Shown here piece by piece: positions 56,689 through 64,000 of a stretch of DNA of 64,000 nucleotides. The notes beneath the pieces are model-generated. The model was not told the origin of the DNA and ran no database searches. It saw only the letters and a list, made by a program, of their open reading frames with translations. Source of the DNA: Candidatus Staskawiczbacteria bacterium (GTDB taxonomy: Bacteria > Patescibacteriota > Minisyncoccia > Minisyncoccales > Staskawiczbacteraceae); contig JAPLYZ010000007.1 in the NCBI GenBank assembly GCA_026395295.1, positions 66,518-130,517 on the forward strand, in the 5' to 3' direction. The stretch's first letter is position 1. Every line of letters begins with the position of its first letter. Made by a program: the position numbers and the translations under genes.

Positions 56689-57891
56689 TTACCTTGTCAA
56701 GCTTTCAACAGCTTCTCTGGCTATTTTTCTGTCGTCCCAAGGAATTTTCTTACCATTTTCTATACACATCCATGGCTCTGACCCTTTTCCGGTTATCACA
56801 ACAACATCCCCTGGCTTAGCCAGCTTTATAGCTTTTTTAATCGCCTCCCTGCGATCTAAGATTATTTGGTGTCTGGAATTTGCCCCGTCAGCCGACAGGG
56901 CGCTTTCTATCTCTTTAATGATAGAAAGCGGGTTTTCGTCGTATGGGTCTTCATTGGTGATTATAATTTTTTTGCAATATTTCTCTGCAATCTGGCCTAA
57001 TATTGGCCTCTTCCATTTGTCCCTTCCTCCTCCACAACTCCCTAAAACACAAATCAAATTTTTGCCTTGGAAAGTTTTATAAACCGCCTCAAGCTGAGCC
57101 GGCGTATGAGCATAATCCACAACAACCCCAAATGGTTCTTTTGCTACAACTTCCATTCTTCCGGAAATCACTTTCGCTTTTTCCAAGGCGCGCTTGCAGG
57201 TTTCCAAATCAATGCCATAGGCTTTTGCAACCGTAATTGCGGCCAAAGCGTTTAAAACATTGAAATCCCCAAGTAAATTTAATCTTAGCCCAACTTTTTC
57301 TGCATCTTTTGCCGAAAATCCAATTTTTTGTTTTGCCGGAATGTTCCAAAAGTATTTTGAATTTTCGTCATCGGTGTTTATAACATGAATATTTTTTGTG
57401 GCGTGAAACAATTTTAGCTTTTCGTTTCTATAATTTTCAAAACCGCCATGGCTCTCAATGTGCTCGGGGGTTAAATTGGTAAAAACAACCGCGTCAAAAT
57501 TTATAAACTTATGGCGAAATTGCCTGATGCCTTCTGATGTAACTTCCAAAACAACATATTTACAGCCGGCAGTTTTCGCCTGCCTTAAAAATTTCCGAAC
57601 CACAAATCTGCCGGGCATTGTCATTTTATATTTATTCTCCCATTCTTTTTCGCCAACCTTAAACCTTATTGAAGACGCCGAAGCCACCTTGCTTCCAGAC
57701 TCTTCTAAAATTCTGGTAATAAAATCAACTGTTGTAGATTTTCCGCTGGTGCCGGTAACTCCAATTATTTTCAGCGATTTGTCCATGCCAGGGAAACCAA
57801 AAAGCACAGCTCCCAAAAAAGCCAAACAAAAATGGTAGAACCTCAGCAAAAACTTTGGTATAAATTTTTTAATTACCTCTTTGGCGCTCAT
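56689..57891 (-). CDS. murE: UDP-MurNAc-tripeptide synthetase
   Basis: GVTGTSGKST, LEVTS, EHIESH, DYAHTP, GGGRD, EDPYDE, TGKG. Confidence 0.9.
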   Translation of the reverse strand: MSAKEVIKKFIPKFLLRFYHFCLAFLGAVLFGFPGMDKSLKIIGVTGTSGKSTTVDFITRILEESGSKVASASSIRFKVGEKEWENKYKMTMPGRFVVRKFLRQAKTAGCKYVVLEVTSEGIRQFRHKFINFDAVVFTNLTPEHIESHGGFENYRNEKLKLFHATKNIHVINTDDENSKYFWNIPAKQKIGFSAKDAEKVGLRLNLLGDFNVLNALAAITVAKAYGIDLETCKRALEKAKVISGRMEVVAKEPFGVVVDYAHTPAQLEAVYKTFQGKNLICVLGSCGGGRDKWKRPILGQIAEKYCKKIIITNEDPYDENPLSIIKEIESALSADGANSRHQIILDRREAIKKAIKLAKPGDVVVITGKGSEPWMCIENGKKIPWDDRKIAREAVESLTR

Positions 57892-57944
57892 ATTGTTAAT
57901 TTATCACAATAAACGAATAAAAAAAAGCCAGTCATATGACCGAC

Positions 57945-58385
57945 CTACGATTTGGCTGAAGCCGACAAATAAAGGAGCCCCTTTTTCAAACCTTTTACCA
58001 CGGAGCCCAGGCTGGCATCAATCAAGTTCTCGGAACATTCTTCTCCACTGCAACGAAGCTGACCGTTAAAAAACGCAACTCTGACCCGAGCAAGAGACTT
58101 GACGTCACCGTTGGAGTGCTCCTCATGAACCCTGCGCTCAACGAGACTCATGCTCGCCACCGCCGGGAAAAAAGGAGCGAGTGTATTTCTCATGGCAATG
58201 TCTATCACCTCAATCAACACCTTGCCGTCGGCGACTCCCCGCACTACTATCGCCTTTTTGCCCTTTGCTTTCACCGCGACTTTCACGACCACCTCCAGCG
58301 AACTTGTCTGTTTCCCCCCGGAAAAAACTCCTACCCCGTGGACGCTGTATCCAATGACCTTAAAAGACTCATACACTGTTTTCAT
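57945..58385 (-). CDS. Stand-alone LeuA/CimA regulatory-domain-like protein
   Basis: IDIAMRNTLAPFFP..ARVRV..SENLIDAS resembles the citramalate synthase C-terminus. Confidence 0.6.
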   Translation of the reverse strand: MKTVYESFKVIGYSVHGVGVFSGGKQTSSLEVVVKVAVKAKGKKAIVVRGVADGKVLIEVIDIAMRNTLAPFFPAVASMSLVERRVHEEHSNGDVKSLARVRVAFFNGQLRCSGEECSENLIDASLGSVVKGLKKGLLYLSASAKS

Positions 58386-58454
58386 AATCAATTCTTTCCA
58401 TATCTTTTTTCAAACAACTGCTGTTAATTTACTCTGAACTGGCGCTTTTGTCAA

Positions 58455-59009
58455 TTATTTTCCAAGCAACTTCAAGGCTTGCTTTATTCGTTCCTCCGGG
58501 TCTTTGCTGGAAACTCGGCTTAACGCGTCTTTTGCTTGCTGTTTGGAAAACCCAAGTTGCGTCAACGCGCTTTCGGCTTCGTCAGCTGAACCTTTTTTTT
58601 GCCCCAACATTTTTATTTTCCCCGTTAGCTCCAAAATTATTGTCATAGCTTTTTTAGAACCAATGCCCGGAATGCCCTCAAAAATTTTCTCGTCTTGTTT
58701 TAAAATTCTGTCTTTTATTTTATCTAAAGAACCAAGAGCCGAAATGTCTAGGGCCGACTTTGGCCCCACCCCGCGAATGTCCATTAATGTTTCAAAAAAT
58801 TCCAGCTCGTCGTAGGTAAAAAATCCGTATAAATCTAATGCCTCCTCTTTAACATTCTGAAATGTAAACGCCTTGATTGTCTCGCCAATTTCGGGTAATC
58901 TTAATAAGTTCTGGCGGTTTAGAAAAACCTTGTAGCCAACACCGGCCACTTCCAAAATTATAAACTTATCTTTCTTTAATATGATTTTTCCCTGCAAATA
59001 GCTTATCAT
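58455..59009 (-). CDS. ruvA: Holliday junction DNA-binding protein RuvA
   Basis: MISYLQG, GVGY, LYGF, GVGPKSAL, GIGSKKA; start moved to 59009. Confidence 0.93.
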   Translation of the reverse strand: MISYLQGKIILKKDKFIILEVAGVGYKVFLNRQNLLRLPEIGETIKAFTFQNVKEEALDLYGFFTYDELEFFETLMDIRGVGPKSALDISALGSLDKIKDRILKQDEKIFEGIPGIGSKKAMTIILELTGKIKMLGQKKGSADEAESALTQLGFSKQQAKDALSRVSSKDPEERIKQALKLLGK

Positions 59010-59022
59010 TAATATATTGTAT

Positions 59023-60969
59023 ATGAAGTTCCAACTAAAATCAAAATTCCACCCCACCGGCGACCAGCCAAAAGCCATAAAACAACTGGTGAAAAATTTA
59101 GAATCTGGAGTAGAAGCCCAGGTGCTTTTAGGCGTAACCGGCAGTGGGAAAACCTTTACTATGGCAAAGGTAATTGAAAAAATGCAAAAACCAACTTTGG
59201 TTATTTCCCCCAACAAAACCTTGGCGGCCCAGCTTTACCAAGAATTCAAAGAGTTTTTTCCCGACAATGCGGTCCACTATTTTGTTTCTTACTACGATTA
59301 CTATCAGCCCGAGGCCTACATCCCGCAATCAGACACATATATAGAGAAGGATGCAAAAATCAATGAAGAAATTGACAGGTTAAGGCATGCGGCGGTCCAA
59401 GACGTTACAACAAGAAAAGATGTTATTGTGGTTGCCTCGGTTTCCTGCATTTACAACATTGGCTCGCCTGAAAACTATGAGAATATCTCGTTGGAAATAA
59501 AATTAAAGCAGGGAATTAAAAGAAAAGATTTTTTAATTTTGTTGAGTAATCTGCAGTACCAAAGAAATGACATTGACTTCAAGCCCGGGTTTTTCCGCGT
59601 TCGCGGAGATATTGTTGAAATTTACATTGTCACTGGCGAAAAAATCCTAAGAATAGAATTTAACGGCAATATAATAGAAAAAATTTCTGAAACAGAACCC
59701 GGCTTAATTTCCAGCTACAAGCTACAAGATAAAAGCTACAAGCTCTTCCCTGCTCATTTCTGGGTAACTCCGCAAGACAAAGTCAACATCGCCATGAATA
59801 ATATAAAATTAGAATTGGACACAAGATTGAAAGAACTGAAAAACCAAAATAAATTACTGGAAGCGGAAAGATTGGAGCAAAAAACAAGCTATGACTTAGA
59901 GATGCTTAAAGAAACCGGCTGGTGCCATGGCATTGAAAATTATTCAAGCCACATGGAATTCAGAAAACCAGGTGAGGCGCCGTTCTCTTTGGTTGATTAT
60001 TTCGGATATTTTAATCCTAAGAACTTTTTGCTTTTTATTGATGAGTCGCACATTTCGGTTTCACAAATTCGGGCTATGTCAGTCCAAGACAGAATAAGAA
60101 AACAAACTTTAATAGACTTTGGATTCCGCCTGCCCTCGGCAATAGACAACAGGCCCTTAACTTTCAGCGAGTTTGAAGAAAGACAAAACCAAACAATTTA
60201 TGTGTCGGCCACTCCGGCCAATTTTGAACGGCAAAAAGCCGGTGAACATATTGCAGAACAGCTGATAAGACCAACCGGTTTGTTGGAGCCGTCAATTGAA
60301 ATCAGAAAAACCGAAAATCAAATTAAAAACTTGGTAGAAGAAATAAAAAAACAAGTTTCTAACAAACACCGAACACTGGTTGTTACCCTAACAAAACGAC
60401 TGGCAGAAGAAATTTCCGACTATTTAATTGAGAAAGGAATCAAAACTCAATACTTGCATTCGGAAGTTAAAACAATGGAACGGCCAGAAATTTTAAAAAA
60501 TCTTAGAGAAGGAAAATATGATGTGCTGGTTGGAATAAATTTGTTAAGAGAGGGCATTGATCTGCCCGAAGTTTCGCTGGTGGCCATATTAGACGCTGAC
60601 AAAGAAGGATTTTTAAGAAATGAAACAACATTGATACAAACAATGGGCAGGGCAGCCCGCCACATAAATGGCAGAATAATTTTGTATGCCGACAAAGAGA
60701 CTCTCTCAATGAAAAACGCCATTAACGAAATAAACAGAAGGAGAAAAATCCAGGAAACCTATAATAAAAAAAATAATATAACTCCTAAAACAATTATTTC
60801 GGGCATACGAGATTGGAGTTTCTCAAAAAAAGAAGAAGTTGCCGATGAGTTCGGCTTTGTGAACGACAAAAAACTTTTAGAAAAAGAAATGAAATTAGCG
60901 GCCAAAAATTTAGACTTTGAACGCGCCGCCGAACTCCGCGACCTAATTGAGAAACTAAAAACAAAGTAG
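59023..60969 (+). CDS. uvrB: Excinuclease ABC subunit B
   Basis: PTGDQP, GVTGSGKT, YYDYYQPEAY, DESH, IRPTGL. Confidence 0.97.
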   Translation: MKFQLKSKFHPTGDQPKAIKQLVKNLESGVEAQVLLGVTGSGKTFTMAKVIEKMQKPTLVISPNKTLAAQLYQEFKEFFPDNAVHYFVSYYDYYQPEAYIPQSDTYIEKDAKINEEIDRLRHAAVQDVTTRKDVIVVASVSCIYNIGSPENYENISLEIKLKQGIKRKDFLILLSNLQYQRNDIDFKPGFFRVRGDIVEIYIVTGEKILRIEFNGNIIEKISETEPGLISSYKLQDKSYKLFPAHFWVTPQDKVNIAMNNIKLELDTRLKELKNQNKLLEAERLEQKTSYDLEMLKETGWCHGIENYSSHMEFRKPGEAPFSLVDYFGYFNPKNFLLFIDESHISVSQIRAMSVQDRIRKQTLIDFGFRLPSAIDNRPLTFSEFEERQNQTIYVSATPANFERQKAGEHIAEQLIRPTGLLEPSIEIRKTENQIKNLVEEIKKQVSNKHRTLVVTLTKRLAEEISDYLIEKGIKTQYLHSEVKTMERPEILKNLREGKYDVLVGINLLREGIDLPEVSLVAILDADKEGFLRNETTLIQTMGRAARHINGRIILYADKETLSMKNAINEINRRRKIQETYNKKNNITPKTIISGIRDWSFSKKEEVADEFGFVNDKKLLEKEMKLAAKNLDFERAAELRDLIEKLKTK

Positions 60970-61033
60970 ACATTTTGTGGTTTCATTTATTAGGAGTATA
61001 ATAAATGAATAGAAATTAACTAAATAAAAAAAT

Positions 61034-61603
61034 ATGGAAAAAATTTCGTCAGGAAAAACAGCCTCTCTAATTTTTAGCTCGGTGGTTTTTTGTTTCGCGG
61101 TTGTCTCTCTTTCCTTTGCCGCGTGGCAAGGACCGCAAGGAGTTCCGCCAGCAAACAATGTTTATGCCCCGATAAACATAAGTGCGAATGCGCAAGGCAA
61201 GCTGGGAAACTTAGGCATTGGCACAGCAAGTCCGCTTGAAGCGCTTCATGTTGTTGGAAATGTGAAAATAGGCGGCGCTAATAAACAATTAATTTTTAAT
61301 TCTTCTTCTGATGTCCCTGCTTGGAATTCAGCGGCAATATCAGCTTATGATGAGGGCGGTAACTATAAAGCTTCACTAAAATTCTTTACTAACTCTGGCG
61401 GAGGAAACACCAATTTGTCGGAAGCAATGAGAATAACCAGCTCTGGCAATGTTGGCATTGGAACAACAACGCCAAGCAAAAAACTTGAAATAGTTGGCGG
61501 ACCAACCAAAACAACCGGCGGGTTAATTATTGAAACAACAACATCAGACCCCGGCGCCCCGGAAACAGGCAGAATGTGGCTAAGAACAGACATCAATAAT
61601 TAA
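61034..61603 (+). CDS. Secreted fibre-like protein with GNVGIGT repeats
   Basis: Signal peptide; GNLGIGTASP and GNVGIGTTTP. Confidence 0.75.
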   Translation: MEKISSGKTASLIFSSVVFCFAVVSLSFAAWQGPQGVPPANNVYAPINISANAQGKLGNLGIGTASPLEALHVVGNVKIGGANKQLIFNSSSDVPAWNSAAISAYDEGGNYKASLKFFTNSGGGNTNLSEAMRITSSGNVGIGTTTPSKKLEIVGGPTKTTGGLIIETTTSDPGAPETGRMWLRTDINN

Positions 61604-61625
61604 AAAATTATTAAAACAAAAAACA

Positions 61626-63098
61626 ATGTCCAAAAAAAATAATCTAATTTTATTTATTTTTACAGTTTTCTTTGTTTTTTCTTTTGCCACAATTTCTGCC
61701 CAAATCGCCAATCCGCCATCACCACTCGAGATCCAAAACAGAGCTCGCGAGTCTGGACAAACGAGATTTGCGCAATATGGTAATGAGGTAGAGCAATTTG
61801 GTACACCCCAACAAAAAGCCGCATTAAACATTCCCCAGCCGCCAACAGGTTCTAATTTTCCTAAAGACACGTTCAATTGTTTTGACTACTATCATTTTGG
61901 AAGCGTTCAAACCACATTAACGGCCCAGAGTTTCAATTTTAACCCCGGGGACACTATAACTTTCAGCGGACCAATAACCAACCAAAATGATTATCCAATT
62001 GTAGATGGCCAATTATATATAAAAATTTTGAGAAGCAGGGGAACAACAAAAGACATTAACGGGCCCGATGTTGTTGACCAATTTGTTGCAATTGACAACA
62101 TCACAATACCTACCAAAGGAAAATCGCCTGTTTCTTTTTCGTGGAAAGTTCCAACTTCCTTAAGCGCTGGCGAGTATAAAATAGCCAGCTTTTTTACAGT
62201 TGCTCATAAATTCAATCTTCTGGGTTTGAGTTTCACTAACGATGTAATAGGAAATACTTTTGATTTTAATGTAAGCGGAACAAAATCTAATGTTCAATTT
62301 GACGAGGCAGGGGTTGCAATAAACAATTCTCCATATTTTTTCGCGGCTTTTCCACCAAACATTCCAAGCCAAAACCCCGCAATTGTTTCGGCGAAGATAA
62401 ATAATTCCACAAATAAAGATGAAACCGTTGACATAACGTGGAAATTATACAGCTGGGACAGCGCAGACCCTTCCAACTTAATCAGAACCGCCACAGCAAA
62501 AGCCACCATAAAAGCCAACTCGTCCAATAATGTCCAAATAACTATTCCTGAAAACACTGAGCCGGTTTATTATCTGGTTGGAGAATTAAATTACAAAGAT
62601 TCAAAATCCATTCTTGATATTCGTTTTGTCAGACCCGAAAATGACAAGTTAAGAATAAACTTTCCGTCAATTATGAGCTTCCCGATAAAAAAGGGCGCAA
62701 ACTCCACAATGTTTTCCTGTCTTTACCACTCCGGCAATCCGGGACAATCTGACCTCAACGGGAAGTTAGTTCTTAATCTTGCCAACGCCAGCAAAAAAAC
62801 CATTGCCACATACACCTATGACGGACCAATTACCGGCATGATGGCTGTTAAAAAAGACTTTGTGACAAAAAGCAACCTTGACCATTTCTTCTTAACTGCC
62901 CAAATTTTTCATTCTGACAAATTGGTTGACCAAGCCACATTAGAATACGATTGTAACAAAATTGATTCCAAATTATGCAATCTTAAAAATGAAAGTAATA
63001 TAAATATTTATATAATTATCGGAATAATTATTTTGTTGGCAATAATAATTAGCGCAATTGTTGTGTTTGTCAAAAGGAAACAAAACAGTGAAAAGTAA
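61626..63098 (+). CDS. Secreted Ig-like surface protein with C-terminal TM anchor
   Basis: Signal peptide, beta-rich body, C-terminal TM plus basic tail. Confidence 0.75.
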   Translation: MSKKNNLILFIFTVFFVFSFATISAQIANPPSPLEIQNRARESGQTRFAQYGNEVEQFGTPQQKAALNIPQPPTGSNFPKDTFNCFDYYHFGSVQTTLTAQSFNFNPGDTITFSGPITNQNDYPIVDGQLYIKILRSRGTTKDINGPDVVDQFVAIDNITIPTKGKSPVSFSWKVPTSLSAGEYKIASFFTVAHKFNLLGLSFTNDVIGNTFDFNVSGTKSNVQFDEAGVAINNSPYFFAAFPPNIPSQNPAIVSAKINNSTNKDETVDITWKLYSWDSADPSNLIRTATAKATIKANSSNNVQITIPENTEPVYYLVGELNYKDSKSILDIRFVRPENDKLRINFPSIMSFPIKKGANSTMFSCLYHSGNPGQSDLNGKLVLNLANASKKTIATYTYDGPITGMMAVKKDFVTKSNLDHFFLTAQIFHSDKLVDQATLEYDCNKIDSKLCNLKNESNINIYIIIGIIILLAIIISAIVVFVKRKQNSEK

Positions 63099-64000
63099 AA
63101 ATTATATTTCAATTTTAATAATTGTTTTAATTGCAACCGGATTATCGGCCTCTGTTTGCTTGGCCACCACCTACCCTACCACAAAAAGCCAAGTGTGGAC
63201 TAATACTGACCCTAACGCACTGGCTTTTGCTTGGTGGGGACAATGGCTGGCGGGATTAAATTCAAGAACCGTTAATATAACTTACAGTGTTGGCGTAAAA
63301 AATCTCACAACGGGCGATAACGTCAGCAATGGTGGCACAGTAAATGTAGGAGATCAACTGCTTCTCAGCTTCACGCCTCATGCATATACTGATATTAATT
63401 GGTTCAGTAGCGGATACACTTTTTCCGGATCAACGGGTATACCATATGACAGCCCATTTGGAAAATGGGATAACTTCTGCACTAATATTTATGGAAATTT
63501 AGTGCCGTGCGGAGGATTCTCGGCATGTGGCAATAATGATTTTGTTCAACGTGTCAACACATGTGGTTGCGACATCAACGTGTATGCTTCTCTTGTGATA
63601 GCCCCTCCTACAGAAACTATCACTGACGCCGACAGCTCGGGGGGAATGGTGTGCGGAAATTTAACAACTACTGCAGACGGCGGGACTATGACCTGCACGG
63701 TAACAATCGCCGGCACAATAAATCCGACATTTAATTTTAATTCTACTGTCGGACGGTATTATTATAGCTTCCAAGATTTGGGCGTAGATCCCGATCCCGG
63801 CTACTGGACCTACGCCGCGGATGGTATACACTACTGCAGTCTTAAAATCGGAAAGGGAAAATGTTTTGATAATTATACTGGATATGGCTTCAGTTCATAT
63901 GCTATGGCAGCAATAGGTCATCCGGTTGCTTTCAGCTCTTGTGCGGGCAATAGTTACGTTGGCCTTAATAGATATGATCTTAATGTCCCCGCTCAAACAA
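63088..64000 (+). CDS. Cys/Thr-rich secreted protein, partial (runs off the window)
   Basis: GTG 63088 after AAAGGA; MKSKNYISILIIVLIATGLSASVCLA signal peptide; frame open to the end. Confidence 0.75.
   Translation, partial: MKSKNYISILIIVLIATGLSASVCLATTYPTTKSQVWTNTDPNALAFAWWGQWLAGLNSRTVNITYSVGVKNLTTGDNVSNGGTVNVGDQLLLSFTPHAYTDINWFSSGYTFSGSTGIPYDSPFGKWDNFCTNIYGNLVPCGGFSACGNNDFVQRVNTCGCDINVYASLVIAPPTETITDADSSGGMVCGNLTTTADGGTMTCTVTIAGTINPTFNFNSTVGRYYYSFQDLGVDPDPGYWTYAADGIHYCSLKIGKGKCFDNYTGYGFSSYAMAAIGHPVAFSSCAGNSYVGLNRYDLNVPAQT

Noticed and set aside
59010-59216. Long N-terminal extension of ruvA overlapping uvrB
   Set aside because: Antisense shadow of uvrB; RuvA begins at MISYLQG.
1-64000. Alternative genetic code (UGA=Gly)
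   Set aside because: Conserved genes are full length in code 11, and several end at TGA at the expected position (smpB, recO, tsaC).
1-64000. Prophage, IS transposase, integrase or reverse transcriptase
   Set aside because: No such motifs in any ORF, so all mobility claims above are inferences from repeats only.

Overview
A 64 kb AT-rich chromosomal window in genetic code 11, most consistent with a Patescibacteria/CPR (Parcubacteria-like) bacterium. That assignment is an inference from gene content, tight gene packing and SD-less or leaderless starts. The backbone is housekeeping: hisS, lepB, pth, mfd, topA, a RelA/SpoT homolog, glyA, tsaC, iorAB, leuS, tatD, metG, glyQS, recO, ileS, argS, pyrH, smpB-tmRNA, infC-rpmI-rplT, polX, greA, murE, ruvA, uvrB, tRNA-Leu(CAA) and tRNA-Arg(CCG). 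On top of this is a layer of unexplained structure. (1) A ~36-bp palindrome (core TTCTGCG-GT-CGCAGAA) brackets a PaaX/Cas2-like gene in inverted orientation and also forms the core of 66-bp direct repeats around an ornithine decarboxylase + homospermidine synthase + HD cassette. (2) A GIY-YIG nuclease gene sits between a palindrome-interrupted 5' half of tRNA-Leu and the intact tRNA. (3) Several families of short GC-rich palindromes and 7-mer repeats are inserted in frame into essential proteins. (4) Accessory genes share a promoter-boxA-SD-ORF-terminator layout. (5) There are three to four candidate structured ncRNAs. (6) The tmRNA 5' end overlaps the smpB stop codon. No CRISPR array was seen. 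All calls come from reading the sequence by eye; no searches were run.
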